From: Chloroflexota bacterium | GTDB taxonomy: Bacteria > Chloroflexota > UBA11872 > VXOZ01 | NCBI GenBank assembly: GCA_965221905.1 | Contig: OZ244922.1 | Location: 1,472,001 to 1,536,000, forward strand | Length of the DNA stretch: 64,000 nucleotides | Direction: 5' to 3' | Part shown: positions 8,631-16,599 of the stretch, piece by piece | Layout: the number at the start of each line of letters is the position of its first letter | Numbering within the stretch: the first letter of the stretch is position 1 | The notes under the pieces: generated by a model | Seen by the model: only the letters and a program-made list of their open reading frames with translations | Databases searched by the model: none | Told to the model about the DNA's origin: nothing | Translations under genes and position numbers: made by a program

Positions 8631-10330
8631 GCGTATCTTGTCTCTTCTACTTCATCGCTTTCGATTGTCTCGGCCAAGCTGGAGCCGGCCGGCACCATGG
8701 GATAGACCTTCTCAGCTTCGTCCACCACCAGATCGAGCAGCACGGGGCCGGGAGTTCTCTGTGCCTCTTTTAGCACCTTGACCACATCGTCCTTCGTCGT
8801 CGCTCGCAGACCTGTTATGCCATAGGCTTCGGCGAGCTTTACGAAGTCCGGGTTCTCCAACTTAGCGCTCATGAAACGACCGTCGTAGAAGAGGGTCTGC
8901 CACTGCCGAATCATGCCGAGATGGCTATTGTTGATTATGGCAATCTTGACGTCCACGTTGTGCTCCTTGACGACTGCAAGGTCCTGCAGGGTCATTTGGA
9001 ACCCGCCGTCGCCGATGATGCACCACACCTGTTCATTGGGGCGCGCAAACTTTACCCCAATAGACGCAGGAAAAGCGTAGCCCATAGCGCCAAGGCCGCC
9101 CGACGAGAAGAATGTATTCCTTCGGTCGTACCAGAAGTGCTGCGCGGCCCACATCTGCGCTTGGCCGACGTCCGTGACGACCACTGCATCGCCCTTAGTG
9201 ATGTGGTAGATCTGGCGAATGACCCACTGCGGCAGGACTATTTCGGTCTCGCGGATTGCGAGGCTGGGATGCTCCTCGCGCCATTGGCAAACCTGCTTGA
9301 CCCAAGGGCTGTGGTCGAGCCGGTCGATTTCGTCGATGAGCGCACGAATAGTGGGCTTAAGGTCGGCCACGATGCCGACGTCGGTTGTAACGTTCTTCCC
9401 GATTTCCGCCGGGTCGATGTCCACGTGGATAATGCGCGCCCCTGTAGCAAAGTCGGCGAGCCGACCCGTTACACGATCATCGAATCGCATGCCCAAGGAG
9501 ATCAGGAGGTCTGCGCGGTCTACGGCCCAGTTAGCGTAGATATTGCCATGCATGCCTACCATGCCGAAAGAGAGATCATGGCTTTCCGGGAAGGAGGAGA
9601 CACCGTGCAGCGTCGTGATGACCGGTATGTTCGCCTTCTCCGCAAACGCCAGCAATTCATCATAGGCACGGGAGTAGTGGATGCCATGACCGGCCAAGAT
9701 GATCGGCTTCTCTGATCCGTGGATCACTTCCGCAGCTTCGCGCACGAGAGTTGGATCGGGCTGCATGCCTTCCTCCGGGTTGTACCCGGGAATATTAGGC
9801 GGTGGAAAGCCGTCGAATTCGACCTCTTCCAGAAAAACGTCTTTGGGAACGTCCACCTGCACCGGTCCTGGTCGTCCCGTATTAGCCACGTAGAATGCTT
9901 CTTCCATCACGCGGGGAAGCTCTTCGGCGTGCATCACGAGCCAGTTGTGCTTGGTGATGGGCAGCATCACGCCGGTCGCGTCAGTTTCTTGAAAGCCGTC
10001 GGTGCCGAGCAGGTTGCGGGGAACCTGACCGGTGATGGCAACCACGGGGACCGAGTCCATGTGGGCGCCTGCGATGCCGGTGACGAGATTAGTGACGCCC
10101 GGCCCGCTGGTAGCGATGCACACGCCTACGTCTCCACTGGCACGGGCAAAGCCGTCGGCTGCGAAGGCAGCACCTTGTTCGTGACGCACAAGGATGTGAT
10201 CGATCCTGTCCTGATAGTGATAGAGCGCGTCATAGAGGGGCAGGCACGCACCTCCGGGATACCCGAATACAGTGTGCACGCCGTGCGCCACCAAGCTATC
10301 CAAGATGATCTCTGCACCGGTCTTTTTCAT
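8627..10330 (-). CDS. ilvB: Acetolactate synthase catalytic (large) subunit
   Basis: FGYPGG, RHEQGA, TSGPG, RFDDRVTG, and the GDGGFQM..NN ThDP motif. Confidence 0.96.
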   Translation of the reverse strand: MKKTGAEIILDSLVAHGVHTVFGYPGGACLPLYDALYHYQDRIDHILVRHEQGAAFAADGFARASGDVGVCIATSGPGVTNLVTGIAGAHMDSVPVVAITGQVPRNLLGTDGFQETDATGVMLPITKHNWLVMHAEELPRVMEEAFYVANTGRPGPVQVDVPKDVFLEEVEFDGFPPPNIPGYNPEEGMQPDPTLVREAAEVIHGSEKPIILAGHGIHYSRAYDELLAFAEKANIPVITTLHGVSSFPESHDLSFGMVGMHGNIYANWAVDRADLLISLGMRFDDRVTGRLADFATGARIIHVDIDPAEIGKNVTTDVGIVADLKPTIRALIDEIDRLDHSPWVKQVCQWREEHPSLAIRETEIVLPQWVIRQIYHITKGDAVVVTDVGQAQMWAAQHFWYDRRNTFFSSGGLGAMGYAFPASIGVKFARPNEQVWCIIGDGGFQMTLQDLAVVKEHNVDVKIAIINNSHLGMIRQWQTLFYDGRFMSAKLENPDFVKLAEAYGITGLRATTKDDVVKVLKEAQRTPGPVLLDLVVDEAEKVYPMVPAGSSLAETIESDEVEETRYA

Positions 10331-10584
10331 CTGCTCCCTACCTTGTTATCCACTAGCACACTAGGTTCGTTTCGATTGCGATTCGCTACGCGGGCCATCG
10401 TTGCGCGTTCCATAGAGGCGCCGCAGCGATACGTACCGCCCCGCAAGACGTGGCAATCTCCAGCCCATGGGAACGCCCCGTCTTACAGGTCTTTGCCTCC
10501 GTTGTACCGAGTATGTTCATCCACTTCATGATACTAGCCCAACCAAACGCTGTTAAGCGATTGTCGACACTATTGTTGGCCCTT

Positions 10585-10929
10585 CTATGCTACCGCGATG
10601 CCAAACTTGGCTAACACGTGCCGCACGATGAAGAAGGCCGCTACGAGTAGCCACGCCAGGACTAACTCAGCAGCCAGCAGCATCGGGCTAAGGCGCCATA
10701 ACTGGGCCAAGGCCTGTTCAGCGGCCTGCCAGCTTCCTTCTATCAGTCCATTCGTCAATGCAATTGGGACTCCCACGAGCAATAGGGCGAACCCTCCCAA
10801 AATGAGAATAATGGCGGAGAACGCCAAGGCGCCTGAGGCGAGCGCTCGCTTGCTCCAGCGATATTCTCTAGAGAGCCCATCCGGCTCAATCGTCATCTCT
10901 ACGGTAGATTCTGGAATATCATTCAACAT
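10585..10929 (-). CDS. Hypothetical small membrane protein (about 2 TM helices)
   Basis: Open frame with two long hydrophobic stretches, lying between the attenuator terminator and ilvB on the same strand. Confidence 0.55.
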   Translation of the reverse strand: MLNDIPESTVEMTIEPDGLSREYRWSKRALASGALAFSAIILILGGFALLLVGVPIALTNGLIEGSWQAAEQALAQLWRLSPMLLAAELVLAWLLVAAFFIVRHVLAKFGIAVA

Positions 10930-10965
10930 TGCTTCAATTGCCCGGTAAATGCTAAGGACGCGACT

Positions 10966-10998
10966 AACAAAAAACCCGTCCCCACAATTGGGACGGGC
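10966..10998 (-). terminator. Attenuator terminator upstream of the ilv operon
   Basis: Minus strand GCCCGTCCC-AATTGT-GGGGACGGGT-TTTTTGTT. Confidence 0.8.
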
Positions 10999-11186
10999 AT
11001 CCATAAATCCTACAATGCGTACAGTGTATCTCGTCTTGCTGGTTAGTGTGCACGCCCGGTGCCTGACTTTCTGTGCCTTTCGTCAGGCGACCTCGTATCT
11101 GCTCGTGCATCACATCTCTATGATCGGTGCTGGAAGTTGCTGCCGTCCCGCTGGTACGTGTGTGTATGTTCTCTCTCTTGCGCCGC

Positions 11187-11282
11187 CTAGGCGGCTACAT
11201 GAATCATCAACACAAGCGGCCACAACTCGGGAGTGTGGCCGCCATGTAGTGCGAGGCTTTTCTTACCCGCAACACGGTTCAT
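11187..11282 (-). promoter_or_regulatory. Putative ilv leader peptide MNRVAGKKSLALHGGHTPELWPLVLMIHVAA
   Basis: Run of Leu/Val/Ile codons just before the stop. Downstream GCGGGACGGCA (11151-11141) is complementary to the terminator 5' arm, i.e. a potential antiterminator. Confidence 0.6.
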
Positions 11283-11545
11283 GGCAGCGCTCGTCGCCTT
11301 TTAGGTTTACTGACTTCAGCTCTATTCTTGTACGTTATATCACGAGACCGGCGGCGGCGTCAAGAGCGCAGGCAGTGTGTAGTTGACAACAATTCGCAGT
11401 TTCTGGTAGTTTTGGAGATAGGTCAAGGAAACTCCTGTGATGGCGCCTTACTTGCGCCGGCGTGCGCAAGATTGACAGGGGCAATCTGTTAGCTCTTTTA
11501 TGGTGATTACCTGACAGTCGCTTGGTGCAAAAGAAGGAAAGCTTA

Positions 11546-11992
11546 ATGAGGGGTATTCCCGGTCGTCCTGATATCAAGATTGTGCCCACTCTGGATGGTG
11601 GCCAGGAAATTCTACAGATGGTGGCAGGCATGCTCTTCGTGTGTGAAGCATGCTGCTGTGGCAATGGGTACTCCAGCCCCAGAATCGAAAAGGCCCACTT
11701 CTTGCGGGAGGCGCGTCGCCGGGGTATTTCGGAGCAAATTGGCATTGTGTTCACGGCCGATGACGGCGGTGGTTGCCTGGGACCGTGCGGCCTTGGAAAT
11801 AACGTGTTCATGTATCTCTTTGGCAGAGGGATGTGGTTCCAGCGCATGAACACGAAGTCAGATATTAATGCGCTGTATAGCTATCTTGAAGAAAGTATCC
11901 AACTCGGCCAACCCGCACCGGTTGAAGGAAGCTTGGCCCAGCGGGTCTACACCAAAGTGCAGGGCGAGCAGGTACCGGTGGCCGCCACGTGA
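11546..11992 (+). CDS. Thioredoxin-like (2Fe-2S) ferredoxin domain protein
   Basis: FVCxxCCCG...GCLGPC..N motif; RBS AAGGA before ATG 11546. Confidence 0.7.
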   Translation: MRGIPGRPDIKIVPTLDGGQEILQMVAGMLFVCEACCCGNGYSSPRIEKAHFLREARRRGISEQIGIVFTADDGGGCLGPCGLGNNVFMYLFGRGMWFQRMNTKSDINALYSYLEESIQLGQPAPVEGSLAQRVYTKVQGEQVPVAAT

Positions 11993-12062
11993 TCCTCATC
12001 CCCTAGCTACAACGCCTGGCATCGGGGTAAAGGGGTAGACTGCTGGACCCGGCAGGTTACGC

Positions 12063-12432
12063 TTAGCTGCGCCTGAACTCTACCGCCGACCTGATGAGCC
12101 GCTTGAGCGAGAGCACTCGTATGTCTCTTTGGCGGCTTATCCGCACATAGCGGGTCTGTTTCCCGTCCCCTTTTAGATGGTCTTCGGGGTCAGCCAGTAG
12201 CGCGCCGTACTCAAGGACCAGCCGCCCGCAATCCTCTTGGGGCAAGACACCACAGAAGTAGCCGCTCTCCGGATGTCGATATCCAATGCCGCGCCAGACG
12301 GGATAGGCTCCTTCCGCAGCGATCGGGCAGGTCTCCCGCACCAGATTGCGCAAGCGCGCGGAGACTGTACGCGATAAGGATGTGAACGGGCGTGATCTCG
12401 GACTCGAGGCCGTGCGAGCCGGATGCTGCCAA
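12063..12432 (-). pseudogene. DUF1801-like protein, apparently frameshifted near 12353
   Basis: The C-terminal part has DUF1801-like features (GALLADP..L.G.GKQTR). The plausible N-terminus (ITPVHILIAYS..RALA) is in a different frame. Confidence 0.5.
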
Positions 12433-12442
12433 GAGCGGCCAC

Positions 12443-12835
12443 CTACGCTGCGTTGGGATCCGGCTGCATCATGCCGAAGAGGTTTCCCTCCGTGTCCTTG
12501 GCGTACCCAACCCAGCCGACGCCGGGCACCGGCATCTTCGGTAGGGCAATTACGCCCCCCTGTGCCGTGATCTTCTCCAAGGTAGCATCAAGGTCTGCTA
12601 CTTGGACCACGCACGTGTAGCAGTTCACCGCAGCGAACTCTTCCGGTGGGTCGCCTTGTCGCTTGACCAGACCGCCGTTGATGCCGGGCTCCTCATCGGG
12701 CCCGGTCACAATGAGCCAGTAGTTCGCGTCCCCGCCTTCCCACTGCTGGAACTCCCAGCCGAATACGCCGGCATAGAAACCTATGGCGCGCTCGGGGTCG
12801 GATGCATGAATCTCAAAGTGCACAATCCGTGACAC
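12443..12835 (-). CDS. VOC/glyoxalase family protein
   Basis: HFEIxxxDPERAxxFY..VFGW...GINGG...DTEGNxFG. Confidence 0.9.
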   Translation of the reverse strand: MSRIVHFEIHASDPERAIGFYAGVFGWEFQQWEGGDANYWLIVTGPDEEPGINGGLVKRQGDPPEEFAAVNCYTCVVQVADLDATLEKITAQGGVIALPKMPVPGVGWVGYAKDTEGNLFGMMQPDPNAA

Positions 12836-13074
12836 AGTTTCCCCTTTCCTTCGTCTGCGTGTCCCTTAGAATGCCTTTGCCTAAGGAAGTCTTCCTTCAC
12901 ACATTTCAGTGCATTCTAATCCAAGACACCGCCTCTGTCACAGTGCGGTGGAGAGGCTTAGATACTCTAATTCGTGCGGGCCGGTAAGAGCAAGTAGAAT
13001 TGAAATTCGCAATTGGTGGCGGCATCTCTCTACTCTGCGCGGTACTGTTTTATGCCGAAAGCGCAAAGTGGACA

Positions 13075-13635
13075 CTAGGTTGCGTTTAGGAGCCGCGTGA
13101 CCGTATTCCACGTGCGGGTGGTGATGGTTGGGCCGAACTCCCGCTCAAGTAGAGCCATGAGGTCCAGGGTGCCGCGCTGCGGCGATAGCTCAAAGGCACT
13201 GCACACTTCCCTCGCGGTCAAGCGCACCATAGCAAATCCATCTTCGGGGAAGTCGTATGACGACTCTTTGTCGCCGGTTAGTCCATCGGGGAGAAAAGTA
13301 ACGTATGACCGCGTCTGCTTGGTCGCTGCAATCTCCTTAAATGGGTTTGCAGCGACCAAGCACTGCAATTCTGCGACGGTACGAAGCAGCACGAAGATCT
13401 TGTGCCCAAATTCCTGCTTAAGGTGTTGTTCGATTGCCTCGCAAAGTACGGCCGCGTCCGTTTCCGCCGTATCAAAGAGCACGTTGCCGCTGGCAAGCAC
13501 GGTCTTCACGTTCGTGAATCCCAGTGCGGCGAACGCGGTTCGCAATTCAGCCATCTTTCTGGACCGTTTCCCCCCTACGTTTATGCCGCGAAGAAACGCA
13601 GCGTAGGGCAGTATATCGTTACCGTTCTGTTCCAT
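13075..13635 (-). CDS. DUF1697 family protein
   Basis: AFLRGINVGG..M..L..GFxxVxTxxASGN and TxRxWNTV. Confidence 0.9.
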   Translation of the reverse strand: MEQNGNDILPYAAFLRGINVGGKRSRKMAELRTAFAALGFTNVKTVLASGNVLFDTAETDAAVLCEAIEQHLKQEFGHKIFVLLRTVAELQCLVAANPFKEIAATKQTRSYVTFLPDGLTGDKESSYDFPEDGFAMVRLTAREVCSAFELSPQRGTLDLMALLEREFGPTITTRTWNTVTRLLNAT

Positions 13636-13886
13636 GCGCGGTTGATCCTGTTGACTGGGGTAGGTCGTCTGTGTGCAAAGCTACATCAAGAAGCGTACCG
13701 GCCGGTAAAGGGCGCTTGAAGCTGTGCAATGGTAGGCACTGTGACCATTGGCAAGGAGGGTAACCGACGTGACAAGTGAAGAGTGAACTCTTCGCGTTGC
13801 AGTCAAATGCCAATTCTAACGGAAGTGAGAGTTGACGAGCGGAGCTAGGCGACTTGGGCTACCAAGCACGTGGCAACAAGGCAAAC

Positions 13887-14270
13887 TCAGTCTTTTCCGA
13901 TCTTCTCAAGCTGCAACGTATATCCGTTGGGAGTTTGGATGTTCATCTCCCAGGCATCCATTTCTTCCCAATACTGGGTTGGCATTGCAAACGCAAATGC
14001 GTTCTCAACACAAATGGCAATGACTTTACTAAAGCTATCCGTCTCCATTTGCCAGACGAAGCTTTCCATGGCTTTCATTGGATCGAAGTCACTTGTTTCC
14101 TTCAAACCAAACTCGATAGCGTCTTTTCTCAAGCCGACAAAACCAGGAAACTCGTCGCCCTGATAGGAAATCTCAAAGCCGAAGTACTTGTAGAATTCAA
14201 CTTCTAGCGCTAAGTCCCTGACATAGAGAATGGGGACAAGCCGATGGAAGTTGGGGAATTTCTCAGCCAT
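13887..14270 (-). CDS. VOC/bleomycin-resistance family protein
   Basis: PILYVRDL..FY..FGF...TPNGY; visibly more AT-rich than its neighbours. Confidence 0.75.
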   Translation of the reverse strand: MAEKFPNFHRLVPILYVRDLALEVEFYKYFGFEISYQGDEFPGFVGLRKDAIEFGLKETSDFDPMKAMESFVWQMETDSFSKVIAICVENAFAFAMPTQYWEEMDAWEMNIQTPNGYTLQLEKIGKD

Positions 14271-14344
14271 GGCCGGTCCTTACCGTAATACCCCTTTAAG
14301 TCAACGTGTGTGCAAAGTAGCACGACCTTTAACATCAAACGAAC

Positions 14345-14435
14345 TGGCGGAGAGGGTGGGATTCGAACCCACGACGCCCTTTTGGGGCGTAATCGTTTTC
14401 GAGACGATCTCCTTCGACCACTCGGACACCTCTCC
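14345..14435 (-). tRNA. tRNA-Ser (anticodon CGA)
   Basis: GGAGAGGTGTCCGAGTGGTCGAAGG...ATCGT-CT-CGA-AA-ACGAT, long variable arm, GTTCGAATCC, ending CTCTCCGCCA. Confidence 0.97.
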
Positions 14436-14787
14436 AAGGGTGGATAACTAATACGATAGCGAAACCCGGCTCAGGCTACAACCGGCCGATGCGACGCATG
14501 CTTGGCATTCCGGACCTCGCACGAGATCTTCGAGGGCTATCTACTAGGCCTTAATGCTGTGAAAGGGAAGGGTGAAGCTGATCTCGCTTGTCTGCTCGAC
14601 GGCGCGCGGTCGGATATTGACGCCAAGAACTCAAGGTTCGAGAACCGCTAGCCGCCAAACGGGCCTGAGCAATTTGGAGCGTCAAGGGAGAGGCGGGCAT
14701 TATCTTTACATAACAAGACTGCCTGCAGAAGATTACACGGCGGCGCGTGCGGCACGGCAGTGGCAAGGAGGCTGACTGAGGAAACGG

Positions 14788-15582
14788 CTAGCTTCCGGAG
14801 TACGGCTGCTGGGGCGGTGGTTCCTTCGGAGGCTGCCACTGCCCTCCCTCAGCCTGGCGCATGAGGGAGCTAATCGTCTCGTCGGGTTCTTCTTGTGAGG
14901 GATGCCAGCGCGAAAGCACGCCATCGCTCATTGTGAACGTCTCATCCGCAATGTCTCGGACAGACAGGTCGTGGGTGGCTATAACGACGGTAACGCCTTC
15001 CTGGCGCACGATTCGTGAGAAGAGGAGCATCATTTGCAGGCCGGTGACGCTATCCAGGTCGCCGGTGGGCTCGTCCGCCAGCAGGAGCGACGGTTGGTTG
15101 GCGAGGGCGCGAGCAATGGCCACGCGACCTTGTTCGCCGCCGGAAAGTTCGAACGGGCGGTGGCTGGCGCGCTTGCTCAGCCCGACCAGGTCCAATAGCT
15201 CCAGCGCGCGCTCATGACGCTTCCGCGCGCCCATACCGGCAATACGCATGGGCAACTCGACGTTCTCGTAAGCAGAGAGCACGGGCAGTAGGGCGAATGC
15301 TTGAAAGATAAAGCCGATCTTGTGGCGCCGCAGCATGGTGAGTTCGCGGTCGCTCATGCGGCGCGTATCGTTATCCATGATCTTGATCACGCCGGCCGTC
15401 GGACGGTCAAGGCCGCCTACGAGGTTGAGCAGGGTGGTCTTGCCGCTGCCGGAGCGTCCTTGCAGCGCAAGAAGACGACCGGGAGGGATTTGCCAGTCTG
15501 CCTCCCGCACGGCAAACACATCCTCACGGCCAACGTGATAGACCCGTGATACACCTTCGGCTACAGCAATTGGTTGTGCCAT
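14788..15582 (-). CDS. ABC transporter ATP-binding protein (MacB/LolD-like)
   Basis: GRSGSGKTT, LSGGEQ, LLADEPTG. Confidence 0.93.
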   Translation of the reverse strand: MAQPIAVAEGVSRVYHVGREDVFAVREADWQIPPGRLLALQGRSGSGKTTLLNLVGGLDRPTAGVIKIMDNDTRRMSDRELTMLRRHKIGFIFQAFALLPVLSAYENVELPMRIAGMGARKRHERALELLDLVGLSKRASHRPFELSGGEQGRVAIARALANQPSLLLADEPTGDLDSVTGLQMMLLFSRIVRQEGVTVVIATHDLSVRDIADETFTMSDGVLSRWHPSQEEPDETISSLMRQAEGGQWQPPKEPPPQQPYSGS

Positions 15583-15654
15583 GGCTACCATCTTGCCTTT
15601 ACTGATTATCAAGCATACTCAAATTAAGCAGAGGTGAGGCGGGCAATGTGCGTT

Positions 15655-16599
15655 CTACCGGCGCAGCAAGCCTCGCAACCCTCGTTTCTCCTTTTCCTCA
15701 TCACTGGATGAATAGGCCGGCTTTACGATAATGCCGTCGTCCGATATCTCGACAATGGCACGGTCGCGGATGCCGAATTGGTCGAGGTACTCCTGGGGGA
15801 TCTGGAGGCGGCCGGCAGAATCGAGCACCACGTATTCGTCGTGGCTAATCGCCTCCTCGCCTTCCTCAAGGCTTCTGCGGCGCACCGTCTCGGTGCTGGT
15901 ACGACCGTCCCGGATGGCGACAACCCGGTCTACGCGATAAGCAACATTCGGGTCGTGGCTCACGATGATGATTGTGGTGCCGAATTCTTCGTTGACGCGG
16001 CGAAACGTGTCGTAGATGGTGCTGGCGGTTTGGGTATCGACCTCACCGGTGGGCTCATCCGCAAGCAGCAGCGGCGGCGAGAGTGCCAGAGAGATAGAGA
16101 TAGCAACGCGTTGCTGTTCACCGCCGGATAGTTGCCCCACGCGGTGGCGAAGGCGGTGTCCCAGACCCACGGCCTCCAGCAATTCCGTTGCTCTCGCCTC
16201 GCGCTTCTTTGTGGACATGCCGGCAATAATCAATGGCATCTGGACGTTCTCCAGCGCCGTAAGATACGAAATCAAGTTGCGCGAACTCTGTTGCCATACA
16301 AAGCCGACCATGTGCCGCTTATACCAGACAAGGTCCGTGTCTGAGAACTTGATCAGGTTCAACCCGCCAACCGTTAGAGTGCCGGCGCTTGGTCGGTCCA
16401 GTCCCCCCAAAGTATTGAGGAGCGTCGACTTTCCACTGCCGGAGTTCCCAATGATGGCCATGATCTCGCCGCTGGCCACCTCTAGATCAAGCCCTTGCAG
16501 GGCAACAACCTCGAGGTCCGCGACTTTGTAGATCTTGACGAGGTTGTCGCAAATGATGAAAGGCTTACCACGTTCTGGCAGTGCCGGAATTCTCTTCAT
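15655..16599 (-). CDS. ABC transporter ATP-binding protein with a C-terminal AbrB/SpoVT-like extension
   Basis: GNSGSGKST, LSGGEQQR, DEPTG; tail VVLDSAGRLQIP...IIVKP. Confidence 0.9.
   Translation of the reverse strand: MKRIPALPERGKPFIICDNLVKIYKVADLEVVALQGLDLEVASGEIMAIIGNSGSGKSTLLNTLGGLDRPSAGTLTVGGLNLIKFSDTDLVWYKRHMVGFVWQQSSRNLISYLTALENVQMPLIIAGMSTKKREARATELLEAVGLGHRLRHRVGQLSGGEQQRVAISISLALSPPLLLADEPTGEVDTQTASTIYDTFRRVNEEFGTTIIIVSHDPNVAYRVDRVVAIRDGRTSTETVRRRSLEEGEEAISHDEYVVLDSAGRLQIPQEYLDQFGIRDRAIVEISDDGIIVKPAYSSSDEEKEKRGLRGLLRR

Noticed and set aside
11546-11992. Selenoprotein read-through at the terminal TGA
   Set aside because: The domain is complete before the stop and the TGA is not at a Cys-motif position.
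12000-14345. Integrative element at tRNA-Ser
   Set aside because: No integrase and no convincing duplication of the tRNA 3' end.
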